The notes under the pieces are model-generated. The model did not search any database, was not told the DNA's origin, and saw only the letters and a program-made list of their open reading frames with translations. The translations under genes and the position numbers were made by a program. Below are positions 45,781 through 63,625 of a stretch of 64,000 bases of DNA, one piece after another; position 1 is the stretch's first letter, and each line of letters opens with the position of its first letter. Source of the stretch: Amoebidium appalachense (taxonomy: Eukaryota; Protista; Ichthyosporea); contig CAVNZM010000006.1 in NCBI GenBank assembly GCA_963693365.1, forward strand, positions 5,683,264-5,747,263. Direction: 5' to 3'.

Positions 45781-46286
45781 TCCTTTTAAACGATTCCCGC
45801 CCCGGTCCACGCTTAATCATCTTTTGACCCTATGACACCCATTCCTCACAGTTGCTAGGTACTGCCACCGCAGTTCGAACCGGATTCAATTCTTTGCAGG
45901 GAGAGAGGGGGGCGCCGAGGGGGGGGGGGATTTCGTTTGGCAGCCGGTAGAAGTTCATATGCATCGCCATGTATACGTAGCAGCAAGAGTTGATAATGGC
46001 AGGTTGGAAGGTTGAGGGGAGGGGGGAAGGGGGAGAGGGGAGGTTGAGGGTGGGGTGCAATTGGTGGGTTACGGGGGAAGGGGGAATGCAAAATGCGCTT
46101 GAAGAGAATCGAATGGCGGGTTAGACCTCGAGGTTCGTATATACGTGACGGCCAGCATCACACAGTTCGCCAATGAGTTTCATCAACTTTACGATGAAAT
46201 AGCGGGAAAACCAAACCGAAAATTCAAAAACCTATGTGATACAATTATAAATACTTTATAAAGGCATGAAGGCAGAAAGGGACGGC

Positions 46287-46318
<32 letters not shown>

Positions 46319-47102
46319 GTATGTGTGTGTGTGTGTCTGCGGGAGAGGGGGGGAAGAATCCACAACGTCATGCAGGCACGAGTGGAAAAAAGACTCCCAC
46401 CAAAGCATTTTTCAAGCTTCGCTGTCACCTAAATTGAAGAAACCGGTAAATCACATCCAGGCCACCCCAAACCCCGTAAACCACTGCCTTGCGATGGTTA
46501 GCAGCAAAGCTTTTCTTTTCTTTCTTATCAATGCAAACCTACAAGCACATACCATAGCATATGCTTATGTTAAAATCACTAACGGCAAATATTAGCGTAC
46601 GGGGAAAGAGTGCATGCATGGATGGTGTGTGGAAATACGACGGGAACCCTTCACGGGCCAAAAATTAGGTCCCCCCCCCCCCCCCCCCCCCCCCCTTTCC
46701 CCCCCCCCGAATTTCCTTAAAAAGGCAAACGCGCAACTTTCAATATAGAGATTTAACCATATATGGGCAAAGCCAATCGTCGGATCGGATGTCAGTATAA
46801 CTTAGTATTGGCAGTAAATTCATGCCTAGTCACGAAACACCGGTTTCAGCCTTATGCGCCCGTGCGCCCGTGTGCCCGTCTGTGTCTGTGCCTGTCTTTG
46901 CCCGTGCATATGCTGTCTTCACTCCACATGTTCCGGCAAGTGTTCGTGTGCTTGCATTTCGGTTCGCCAAGTTGTGTATGTCTGTGTGTGTGTGTGTGTA
47001 AGGGAGGATGGGGAGGACGCGCGGGGGGGGGGGGGGGGAGGGGGGGGGGAGGAGGCATTCTGGGTCCTTGAGGATATCGATGCCGAGCCATCGTGGAAGA
47101 CT

Positions 47103-47327
47103 CTAGAGAATCGTTACGGCTTCTGATAGCTCATCCTCGTGTCTGCAAAGGGGGGGGGGGGGGGGGGGGTAAGAATGCGTTACAGAGTAAGAGTGACGGT
47201 GCACATTCGGGGGGGGGGGGGGGGGGGGGGGGGGAGGGTGGTGGTGGTTGGGGGAGAAGGGGGAGGGGGAGTACGGCCTTAGCTGTCAGCAAGCCGATGG
47301 AAATAGTGGGAGGGCGGTGGTGTTGGC

Positions 47328-47393
<66 letters not shown>

Positions 47394-47635
47394 TGTGTGC
47401 GTGCCTGTGTGAGCGTGCATGTGTGTTTGAGGAACAGGTGGAGGGGGGGGGGAGGGGGGAGGGGGCGCGGGGGGCAGGAGGGAGAGGAAATAAAATAGAA
47501 GGAAGCAAAAATCACCACCTGGAGACATAAAGGAGAATGCATGCATGTGTGGAGGTGACGTGGGGGGAGGATGAGTGGGTGGTTGCTTGGTAGTAGTGTT
47601 CGTGTAGAGACAGGGGCGAGAAGGTGTGTGTGTGT

Positions 47636-47685
<50 letters not shown>

Positions 47686-48482
47686 GGGAGACGCATGAGG
47701 AGACACGCCCCCTCCCTCCCACCACAGCAGACACGATCACAAAAAGGATGTCTTGCACAACAGGGAGAAAAAAAAAAAAAAAAAAAAAGGAACCAAAGCC
47801 AGCGGGCATAAAAAATCTCTCTCTCATCTCTCTCTCTCGCTCTTCCCCCTCTCCCCCCCTGCCCCGGTGCAGCCCGCTAGTCCCTTTAGAACCCAATCAC
47901 CTCCCATTTAAACAGTCCCCTTCACCAACCCACCTCCCCGTAACGTGAGTCCCCCTTACACACCCACCTCCCAATAAAAGTTCTTCCTTTCTTTCTTTCC
48001 CCTTCGAACCACTTACCTCCCCATTAGGAAACCCCCTTACCCACCCACCTCCCACTAAGAATTTTCTGAAAATAAAAAGCGCGCAAATCCTGTTTTATAC
48101 CCCCATCACCACCACCTACCTTGCACCAGTCAAATCCATCGGACTCGCACCATTTATCATCCCCATCCCCGTCCCCGTCCCTGCCCCTGCCTCCCCCCCG
48201 TTTGCGCTTCCTCCCGCGATAACATCAGCCACCGCTTGTCTGATTATAACCTGTGCACACTGGTCTGCTATGCTGCTCGCATACGCCAATATGTTGATCG
48301 ACATGCGACGACCACCGGCAAAGTCTTTTTCGTCCGATTGCGTGACGGTGCCTCGACGTTCGCGGTAGCGGGTCTGAAAAGTGTGTTTGTGTGTGTGTGT
48401 GGGGGGGGGGGGGGGGGGGGGGGGGGGGAGGGGAGAAAAGGGTGTGTGTATGTGTGTGTGTGGTGGTGGTGGTGGTGGTGGT

Positions 48483-48513
<31 letters not shown>

Positions 48514-49325
48514 GGGGGGGGGGGTTTGAATGCGTCAAAAAGTACGAAGTACACAAGAACAAACGGATAACACGATGCAGAATGCAAGCCATACATAAAG
48601 AGTATGCATAATAAGCAGAGCCCATCCTCAGGGGGGGCCCACGTCATCCACAGTACCCGAGTTTCGACCTATTCCCCTCGTTAACGAAACCCAACTCAGA
48701 TACTGTTTCACTTGAACATGAGTAGGTCACCCGTCTTGATCAGAGACGAGCAGGGTTGCTTATGCAGGCAAGGGCAGTGGGAAAGGCCGGGGGTTAAAGT
48801 TGCAGCAGTAAGCAGAAGCAAGAAAAATATAGATAGGAACTCAGGAGACGGGGCTTCTAGGAAGCTCCCCCGTCGATACCTAAGTCGATACTTCCCTGGC
48901 TAACATACTACACCAGCTGAAAAGAATTAAGTCCCGAAGGCCGCAGAATTCGCAATCAGAGGGGAAAATATGAGATTTGACCCACGCCGCAGGGTAGTAA
49001 CACGCTTACTAGGGCGGAACTTTATCGTCTTCGAACGGAAAGCTATGCCCCCGGATGTCAGCCGGAAATATGGTATCACCCATTGCTTTGGGCTTGAAAA
49101 AAGCCAAACCGATAGTCCGAGTTATGTTACGCCGGCGGGTAACATGCCGCATGGGTTCCAAGGGAGCTGTCGCCAACAGAGCGGTGTGTGCATGCGTGCG
49201 CGTAACGCAATGTGTGAAGTGTGTCTATAGCTATGAAAGGGGGTATGCAGAAGTGGACAGATGAAGTGTGTGGAGAGAAAAACAGTAAGAAGAAAACTAG
49301 ACACCGGTATGTGCAACCCCGCACA

Positions 49326-49364
<39 letters not shown>

Positions 49365-49425
49365 AATAAGCGAAGATTACAGGTAATCAACCAGAACAAC
49401 AAATGACAAGCAAAACAACAGGCGC

Positions 49426-49459
<34 letters not shown>

Positions 49460-49460
49460 A

Positions 49461-49558
<98 letters not shown>

Positions 49559-51488
49559 AGAGAGAGAGAGAGAGAGGTGGGGGGGAGGGGGGGGGGGGGG
49601 AGGGGGGGGGAGGGGGTCTTAGGGATGCTGCAGAATCGTCAGATATTAGACAAATCGTACCAATACGATCATTCTCTCATATATGTGAGAAGATTGTGAC
49701 TAACGATGTGCAGAGCTGGTTAAGACCTGTTGAGTGTGCAGAGAAAATGGGAGGGGAAGGGAGGAGGGGAAGGGGGGGGGAGGGGGGGGGGGGGGTGTGA
49801 AGTAAGAGAGGGGAGGGAATGTTAAAGAGTGTCAGTAGTCTCAGGGGGGGGGGGGGGGGGAGGGGAGGGGAGGGAGGGATGGGAGGGTGTGTGTATGTGT
49901 GTGGTGGGGGCGGGGGGAGGGGAGGATGTGTGTGTGTGTGTATGTACGCGTGTGTGTGTGTGTGTGTGCGTGTGCGCGTACATGCAGTTGGGTGGGGGTG
50001 GGGGTGGGGGGGGGGGGGAGGGGGTTAGCATGCGGAGCAGGATATGAATTAAAATACACGATGAAAAACACGGTGAAGAACACAGGACACGTAAGGGAAT
50101 GCACAAACAAGCATTCAAGTATGCAACATCAGCAACACGTAATTATGCAACAGAAGCAGAACACTTCTTCAGGGGAGGCCAAAGTCCCGAGTGCGCCTGA
50201 ATTTGGTTTCTTTAACCCCGTGCGCGAAGTTCAGCTCAGATAACAGGCATGACAAGGGGAGTATGTAAGGGTGGAGAGGGGGTAAGCGCATGGAATCAGT
50301 AAAGTAGGTGCCTGTGTGTGATTGACTTTTATTTATTTATTTTTTTTTGGGGGGGGGGGGGGGAGGGTAGGGGGGTGGGAGGGGGGTGGGGGGTGGGGTG
50401 GGGGTGGGTGGGGGGGTGGGGGGGGGAGGGAGGGGGGGGGGGGGGAGGGGTGCCGGTGGGGTGGGGTGGGGGGAAGGCAAAGACAATGGTGGGGAGGGGT
50501 GGGGGGTAGTGGGTGGGAGAGTGATTTGAGGAGAGGATTTAGAATTCATTGCAGAATACGAAGTACACATTCATGGTCGACAACACCATGCAAATATTGC
50601 AACGAACACACAAAGGGTATGCATCAATGGAGCTTAGGGGGGAACGATCTCCTGTTTGATAATGCTTAGAAGGGGGGTGAGGCGGGGCAGGGGGGGGGGG
50701 GGGGAGGAGAAGGGAGGTTGAATGGGTGAGGGGTGGGGGGCTACCCCTAGCATGAAGGAGGGTTTTACGAAGAAAAAAAAAAATCGGGAGGTTAACAAAG
50801 AATAGAGGGACAAGAGAGGTGAACAGAAAGATTAGTCCTCAGACGTCTGCGTTTTTGGGGCACTTCATTCTGTCCTTGAGGGGAACGATGCACAGGTAAG
50901 CATGCACACATACACAGGCACCCTCACACACACAAACACACTAGCACAGACACAACCCCTAGACAGGTAATCCAGCTCCCTCGGCCCCGCATGTGACTAC
51001 CATAACTAAGCTGTTGTTTCACCCCCCTCCCCCCCCCCCCCCCCCCTCCCTCCCTTCCCCCACCTTCTATTTCCCCTTCCTCCCCCCCCCCCCCCCTCCC
51101 AAACGGAAGGATCCCTCCCTCCCCCCCCCCCCCCCCCCCCCCTGCGCCCCCCCTCCGATAATCCTACAAGAAAAGACGAAAAAAGAAGGAAGAAAAAAGA
51201 ATGCACACACACAGACTAGTGCAAACCAATCAGGTGCAGATGTACATAGACATACACACACGCGCGCACACGCACACACACACCTATACACACTCACACA
51301 CACACCCGCGCGCATGCACCACACACACACGTACAGGAACACTCATTCACTTACAAACGCTGGCTCTGCAGGTTGGTGCCTTGGTGCAGGGGGGGGTCTT
51401 CTATGCGTGCATTCTTCGCCTTGTCTTCGTGCAGTAGGAGCAACCCCGTGCTCCCCGCCCTCTTCATGCCCCCTTCTGGTACTTCCAT
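47103..51488 (-). CDS. Uncharacterised multi-exon protein with RRxS/T sites and an AKAP-like amphipathic helix; middle exons unresolved
   Basis: Supported exons: 51355-51488 ([32 protein letters not shown]..|gtaagt), 48120-48373 ([40 protein letters not shown]) and 47103-47142 ([12 protein letters not shown]). A probable exon ends at 50165. Linkage across 50165-51355 is not established. Confidence 0.55.
48525..49847 (-). mobile_element. 5'-truncated copy (~1.3 kb) of the Penelope-like element, in an intron, flanked by plus-strand poly(G) on both sides
   Basis: Near-identical to 56580-57943; identity stops at gtagtctcagggg, where a G run begins. Confidence 0.93.
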
Positions 51489-52478
51489 TTTTACGATTTG
51501 ATTTATTAGGTTCCCCTTAACGTCTATGTTATTAGGCCTTTTTTTGGTGGGTTTGTCGTTATTGACCTCTTTTTGCTTGTAGAGTGCTTTCTGTCTTTTA
51601 TAACTTGAAGGCTATTGAATCAGATCCGGTGCTTAGATGAAAAAAAGTTTTAGAGTATTCAATAATGTTCAGGGAAAGTTAAATCAGAAAGGTGATGGTG
51701 GTAGTAGAGATTGGTTAGCAAACCGCACACAAACATACGAACTGTAATTACTCCAAAGATCGGTACGTAAGAACACTGTTAGATAGGGTAGTGTAAGAAA
51801 TGTTGACCAGAACTCGGGGAATGCAAGTGTAGATGTAGCTGATTCCAAAAGGGTTACAGTGCGGTTTGAAGAAAGATAACACGGCCTAATTACTATATGT
51901 ACACGCATAAATACTACATCTAGATAAACGTATATTTCCGGAATCCACATGCACGCAGCAAGAAAATAAAACCGTTTGAGCACTCAAAGTGTAACGTTCG
52001 ACCGAAAACGAAACCGTTGCCATATATATAAATAGTCTGCAGACCTGAAAAGAGATTCTGATAACGTCATTACACTACAGTGATTTTCCTGTGTCGTATG
52101 TACGCGCGCAAGCATCTGACTTTAGTAATATCACAGAAAAAGGGTTGCCTGGCAAACTAAACACCATGCCTGCACTAATTTTTTTTTTTACCTTTTTTTA
52201 TTTTTTGGAAAGAACTTGCTCTACCAAAAAACGCTATACTCTGCTCATCATTATGTAAGTGGTGACAAGGGAGCTTCTTTGACCCCCTTGTGAGCCTCTG
52301 AGCAGTAAACGTCTCTGTATACTAACGGTCAAAATATTCCAGCCGAAAATGGTAGTCTCAATAGCCATATTTAGGTATTTTCATTTAGGAGGCTCTTTTT
52401 GATTGGTGCAAACTTTATTTTTCCTGGGCCGCATGGGCGGCAGTCAAGGCGGTTGCACCCTCGTTTCCCCCCCCCAAG

Positions 52479-52515
<37 letters not shown>

Positions 52516-52577
52516 CCCCCGCCCAAAAATTTCGAGGTGGGAAGGGGGGGGGGGGGGGGGGGATTTTTTTTTTTTTT

Positions 52578-52609
<32 letters not shown>

Positions 52610-53158
52610 GGGGGGGGGGGGGAATCCGAGTCTGCAGTGTGCTTGCCATTAATTTACGGTGTCATTATTAATAAAACAGCTGCAGCATGTGAAAGTGACC
52701 TGCAATCACTTCTACACATTATTATTATGGTATTTTGACTACGTAATGATATCATAGGTATTAAAAAGGCGAATGTCGCATGCATGGATGTATACGTAGT
52801 GTGTGCTTGACGTGTATGTGGTTGCGTGTGTGCATGTTCATGTGTGTGTGCCGTGTGTGTGCATTGAATGTGACAGCATACTCTACATACACCGTGACAT
52901 TACAGTTAAACTGTAAGTAACATTACAATCATAAACTACCACTCTGACATGCTGAACATTACTGGAAGTTAAATGTTACAACTAACACCTAACAAACTGA
53001 TTCTTAAGTTACTGTATTGACTAAGTCTTGGCATCATGATGCCAAATCCCATACTAATCGAACCTACTAGACATGCCCTACGTTTGCCACCTGACCCCAA
53101 AGCAGCTGGCAGCCACAATAACAATTAGAAAAATAAAAAACTACGTGGAGGGATTGGC

Positions 53159-55567
53159 TCACTTCCACCTATTATCCGTGACACTAAAACTGAGCAGGCG
53201 GATGCCAAAAGCGGTGACCAGAGCATACAACATGGCCTTGCACCTACAGCATTGCATGTAAGTATGACACAGATGGGGAGGGATTGCTAAAGTCAGTTGA
53301 CAGACGCTACATTGTGCACTGGCTATCGTGCTCGGGTATGTGTGATAATAACTGGGGTGGAACGCTTGCGGATGGTGCGGGTGCTGGCTAGGGGAAATCA
53401 CCCCAGACTGTTGGGTGCTTTGGAATTCATCCGCCGAATCGGTTGACGAACTGGTGGGATCATGCTCCTGAGGGGCAACACCTGTGTTGGTGCTTGCACG
53501 TGAAAGGCCGCTGGGCTTGGCCTTCTTTGACGGGGCAGTCTGTGAATTACTCTGTGACTTCAGCCCACGTTTCGTGTTTCGTGCTCTCTCGCTTGCTTTC
53601 TCCGTAACTGTCCTAGCAGCGGCTTCCTTAGCCCTCGCGATTTCCTCCCTCACCTCGGCGGCCACCTGACTACGCAAACGTCTTTCCTTCTCAATGTGTT
53701 CTATTTTTGACTTGATTTGTTTCAATGTTTTGGAAAGGATGGCATCCAGCCCCACACCCTCCTCGTTGCCCTCCAATGCTGCATGGTAATGTGCAAATAT
53801 GTCCTCCTCTGTTGCCGGCAACTTTTGTTCCGCAAGCGAAATAACAATACTTTCAATCAACGCGGTCTCCGCATCCGACCATCTACCCGAACGTACCTCC
53901 TCGCCCACAGACACATAATACTCCAAACCATTCTGATCTGTGGTTCGTGTTTGCGTGAATCGTGCGCGCCGCCTTTGCGTTGGAACCGTGGCAGTGGCCT
54001 TGCCCCTGGTGGCTGTTGTGTTGGCCGTATGGGTGGTGTTGGACCCATCACCACTTCTCAGGGAAAGGTTCCCCCCTTCGCCGGATAAATGCAGCTGCAT
54101 GGTAGACGGGCGACCTGGACGGTTTGGCTCTGGCCGCTGTCCATGACTGCATGTGTATGTGCGTTTGTGTGTGCGTGTGAATGCGCGCGCACGTGTACAC
54201 ATGTGTGTTTGTGTGTGCGTGCGCACACGTGCTCTGTGGGTGCGTGCGTGCGTGGATTCGTGCACCTGTGCATCTATCCACACACGTGTATGCATGGACC
54301 ATGATGCGCGGATGCATTGTGTGTGTGTGTGTGTGTGTGGTGGGGGGGGGGGGGGGGGGGGGGGGGGGGAGGGGCTGTGTGTGTGCGTGCACACGTGCAT
54401 GCGTGTGTGTGTTTAAGTTTGTGTATGGTGTGCGGGTGTGCAGGTGGTGAGCAGTGGGGAAGGTGGGGGGGGAGGAGGAGGGGTTAGACATCATGAAACG
54501 ACGGATACAGGAGGGGGAGGGGATTGGGAGAGGGGGCTTTTCTTTCCCCCTCCCGGGGGGGGGGGGGGGGGGGGGAGGGGAGAGGGGGAAAGGGGGGGGG
54601 GGGGGGGGGGGGGGAATAAAGAGAGGGACAAGCAGAAATACCTGGATTTGGCCAAGTTAAGGTTTCGATTATAAAGTACCAAGTGTGGGCAAATAGAGGA
54701 TGCAAAAGAAGAAAAGTAGCAAATGCATATCATACGGCTCACCTGTTGCCACAATTCTCACACCTGCATGCCTGGGTGCATGCCCGCTTGTTCTTTGCGC
54801 ATATGCAACGCTCATGCCCATCGTATGCCTGCACTTTTCCCCCGCCGTTCTTAAAACCACAAAAAAAACGTGTTCTATCCTTACTGTTTCTATTACAGCT
54901 GCAGCCCTTGGCGGGCAACCCACCGAACGTGTCAGTTGTGTTAGCGTTAGACGCCAACTCCGTCGAGTTTTCCGTTTCAACTGAGTGTGATGTCTGTGTT
55001 TGGTTGTTGTCCGAGATTTTGTTCGCATGCGACAAGCGAGGTATTACCACTGAGTAATGATCTGCTGCACCGTTAAGTGATACGGGTATGGCAATGTTGG
55101 GTTCGATGACGGTGGGTGGAGTGACCGCAACTACACCGTGATTGGCAATCGTGCTAAAAATGGTTATTGGTATGCGGAGTGCGTTGGCTAAGCCCAGCAC
55201 CATCGCGTCACCGGCTGCAGAAGCAAAATGGGCGCGCCGAGGACAGCGGAAATCATCAGCTACGTATGCGAGGGTCACCCTTGAAAGGAATCCTTGGTAT
55301 TCTGCTAGATTTCGCCGCCATTCGTTTACCATTAGTTCGCGTAGCCGTCCAATCGCCTCTATAGGCTCCATATTAGCTGTAAACCCCAATGTGTTGAGGT
55401 GTTCACGGGTAGCTACATGACCGCTTTGTAGATACTGATTGATATAATGCCACACCGAATGAAACAAACAGTTGCCGTCAGCGGGTGTTTCCATAAGCTC
55501 CATTCTCCAGGCACCCAGAATTTGAAGAAGGCGTTGTTGCTGGACCTCAGGTGGCCCGGATATGTCC
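53159..55567 (-). CDS. OTU-like cysteine protease + CXC (tesmin-like) + Myb-like + Zn-ribbon protein, 3' exons only; probably carried by a DNA transposon
   Basis: Exons 54743-55567 and 53159-54146 (AG|gtgagc ... catgcag|T, in frame). OTU motifs TPADGNCLFHSV and DHY; Cys cluster GCSC..C..CICAKNKRACTQACRCENCGN; GRWSDAETALI..KTLKQIKSKIEH; CSVC..CCRC. Confidence 0.72.
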
Positions 55568-55673
55568 CTGTGTTGCACATCACAAGGAAGAATAAGCAAA
55601 GACAAGAAGTGGGAGGGTGACGTAGGGCAGTGGTGGTGGGGTGGGTGACAGTGGGGTGGGGGGGGGGGGGGGT

Positions 55674-55710
<37 letters not shown>

Positions 55711-56579
55711 AAGAGAGAGAAAGACAGATTATGGGGAAGGCGGAAAGGCCGAGGAGCAGAACAAGGGAAACCTTGGCGTGTGTGTGTGTGTGCGTGTGTG
55801 GGTGGGTTGGGGTTGGGGGGGGGGTGGGGGGGGGGGGGGGGGGGCATTAGATTATTAACAATTCTATAAGTGAATAAGAGTGTGTGCGCTCGTGGCTGCG
55901 AGGGAGGGTGCATGCGTGCATGCATGGGTGCGTTCGTGTGTGCAGGTGTGTGAAAGGGGAGGGGTGTGTGTGTGGGGGGGGAGGGGGTTAGGCACTCTGA
56001 AGGGGGCCGGGCAGGTGTAAGGGAGTACTGATGAAGGAGGGGCTATGAACGGGGGGGGGGGGGGGGGGGGGGGGGGTAGATGCAGATGCTTTCAAATAGG
56101 TGGAAGAGAAGCAGGGAGCTTCCAAAAAGGTAGGATGGAAGATATAGGTATACTATTAGAGAATAATGAGAATTAGGGGAGGTAAGAGGTAATGGAGGAC
56201 TTGAAAAGGAGGGACGAATGGGCAGAGGCCCTCCTGAGGGGGGAGAGGGGGGGGGGGGAGGGGAACAGGACAGGCATAATAAGTGGGCCTGGGGAGGCAG
56301 GTTGTCTGACAAAAAACTGGTGTCACTTGGGTTGGAAGGAGAGATGGATTGATACGTGCAAGGAAGTAAGGAGGTGGAGCAGTTGGGAGGAAGAATTGTG
56401 GGAAGGAGGAGAGGGGGAGGGGGATGCAGAAAAGGGGGCGGGGGGGGGGGGGGGGGAGGGGGGGGGGGGGAGGGGAAAGGGGGATGGGGGAAAGGGGAGG
56501 AGGCCCTGCAGGGAAAGGGGGGGAGAGGCGAGAGGGAGGAGCGGGGGGCGTTGGAGGGGAAGGGGGGGGGGGGGGGGGG

Positions 56580-61140
<4,561 letters not shown>

Positions 61141-61675
61141 TGCAGAGTGAACACAAAGACAGGGTGAGAGAATAGCTGGTCAATGGTTGCCAGGTCTATA
61201 AAGAACCCACTCCCAACCGAATCCCCCATCCAACCCCCCCCCCCCCCCCCCCCCCCACACACACACAACATACATACACACACACATACACACACACACA
61301 CCGCCCACACCCTCCCCACCCCCCCCCTCTTGCTCTCGGCCCCCCCCCCCTGCCCTAATTCTCCACTTCCCCCTTCTCCCTCTCCGTCCCACCCTCCCGC
61401 CCTTCCTCTTTACCGACTGCCCTCCTCTCTTTGCCCCTCTCTTTCTGTCTTTTCCGCCATCCCTCCCTCTACCCTTTCTCCCCCTCCCTCCTTCCCTCCA
61501 ACCCTCCCACCCACCCATCCTTCCCTCCCTTTCTCCCTACCCTGACCTCTCCCCCTTCCCCCCCTCCCCCTGTCTTTAACATACACACACAGGCACACAC
61601 ATACACGCCCCCCCCCCCCCCCCCTCTCCCCCTTCTCTGTACCCACCCACCCACCCACCCACATTACACACACAA

Positions 61676-61724
<49 letters not shown>

Positions 61725-62283
61725 CAACACACACACACACTCACTACACACACACAGGCACATACACACACAGACAAGCACACACCCACAGGCATACACC
61801 GTGACACACAGAAACTCTCTACCCACTATCCTGTACTGCCTCTTGACTAATTGTATGCTTAAAGGGGAAGGGAGGGAAGGGGGAAAAGCGGAGGAGTGGG
61901 CTTTAAGTGGGTACACTGCACAGAATGGTCACACAAAACATATGGAACACGTTGCCACACATACCCTATCGGGTGATAGCAACATATAAGAGGCAAGCCA
62001 AAGCAGAAAAGGCAGCATGCCATGCCAAACAGATCATGGGAGAGGCACAAAGGTCCATAAGATTAAGTGCAAGGGAAGGCCTGAGCGGTGAAGGCATTGG
62101 TATCCACAAGATGCAAAAGGACACACCTAACGTATTACATAAAAAACAACTTCTAAAACGGAGGAACCACCTGTAAGGCCCAGAACAGAGAGACAGGGGA
62201 GGGGAGAGAAAAAGTGGAAAAGAGGCAGGGGGTGGTGGGGAGAGAGGGGGGAGGGGGGGGGGGGGGGGAAGGGGGGAGATCAC

Positions 62284-62535
62284 CTGATGGACTCCCTCCG
62301 CTGTAGATGCATCTATCCGGCCGCCATGACGGGTTTGATGCCACACCCAATCCCTGAGGAATGGCTGGGGAGGGCACGTGCCAGCTTCGACAGAGTCCTC
62401 ATGATCCGCTATGCAATAATCAATGTACCGTGCAACGAATGGCTGTTCCAGCTTGGCATGATCTTTAGACCAAGATTTGTTTTCCTTAATGACTTTTTTG
62501 TTCACCCCATCTGGGTTGTTTGTTGAACCCGCTGC
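62284..62535 (-). pseudogene. Possible degenerate transposase exon (Mutator-like TNN motif)
   Basis: Acceptor ggctgcag, donor CAG|gtgatc; GSTNNPDGVNKKVIKE resembles the MULE TNN..E..N..IK motif. The next exon hits a stop quickly. Confidence 0.3.
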
Positions 62536-62986
62536 AGCCAAAAGACAAAAGGCGAGGATAACATGAACGAGAATCCTCAGCAAAGCCCAATGGCCTTGCC
62601 CACGTCCAATGCGGACGCGAGCATGTTTGTAACCCATGCTCACACAAAATATGTACTGTCAGTTATGATCGAGCATTAAAGGGTGTTGTCTGTTTTTATT
62701 ATTTTTATATGAGCCTACTGCAATATGGCTGTGTCACACCTGTCAACTGCCAGTCCAGGCTGTGACTGCCCGTTCAAGTACGCCACCACCTGCACGTGGT
62801 TGACGTGGTCTTGCTTAGCCCGCCTTTCGAGTTTATTCCTCGAATCAGACGCCACCAACGATGAGCCACAAAAACGGGTCAGAAAACGGGTCAGGAACGA
62901 TTCGAGCTGATTCGACCCATAATAGTTCGAACCGACCCATTTATGCCCCAAATAAATTTGGCACCAAATAATTTGGCACGAACCTG

Positions 62987-63147
62987 GTGACGTAAAATGT
63001 GGCACGAATTTATTTGGCACCAGCCCGCTAGCGGAGCACATCCAGGGGTATCCCCAAGCTCCTGTCGGTGCCTGGGCGACATCCTGCCCCATTTTCACCG
63101 TTTTGCAGGCTCGTGCCAAATAAATTTCGTGCCAAATATTACGTCAC
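62987..63147. repeat. ~40-bp imperfect inverted repeat with multiple TGGCAC/GTGCCA motifs
   Basis: 62987-63025 gtgacgtaaaatgtggcacgaatttatttggcaccagcc versus the reverse complement of 63108-63147, gtgacgtaatatttggcacgaaatttatttggcacgagcc. Confidence 0.85.
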
Positions 63148-63181
63148 ACCCTAGGAGCTTGGGAATTGAGGGTAGCACCGT

Positions 63182-63220
63182 CAAGGCCTCCTAAATAGGT
63201 GTGCTATTTAGGAGGCCTTG
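63182..63220. repeat. Perfect 17-bp hairpin/cruciform with a 5-nt loop
   Basis: caaggcctcctaaatag-gtgtg-ctatttaggaggccttg. Confidence 0.9.
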
Positions 63221-63625
63221 GCGGCAGTAGCCGGGGAAAAACGGAAGTTTGCGCGCAGTTGTTTCTTCCAGTGCCGCTTTGATGCATGTCAGATGCACCT
63301 ATGGGTAGATGAATTGTACTGTGTGAATGTTGACAAAACACGTGTGTGGTTCTATGCAAATACACATAACAACCAGAAACATACATTCCCTCTTCCTCTG
63401 CCTTTCTTCTCACGCTTTTACAGTTTTGTCGCAATGATGGTGGCACAACTTGAGAAACGAATATTTTAACACACATGATACTTAAAAGAGTAGGATCACC
63501 TCATCGATCAGCCCAAGCAGTATTACTTGTAAAGGTTGGTGTCACTTCGCAGAGCCAAAGTCATCCGCGCACGACCTCATGCCAGCGTAAAAAGATGACA
63601 CACACTCCATACTAGTTGCCATAAC

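Noticed and set aside
48970-49230. [21 protein letters not shown]... (also 57025-57285)
   Set aside because: Antisense to the element, no recognisable domain; conservation is explained by recent copying.
50830-50878. Second minor-type intron after a putative exon [14 protein letters not shown]
   Set aside because: The donor (ACTAATCTTT) does not match RTATCCTT and phases could not be reconciled.
61180-61182. In-frame TGA upstream of the RT ORF as selenocysteine
   Set aside because: The upstream frame is low-complexity with no nuclease motif, and no SECIS was identified.
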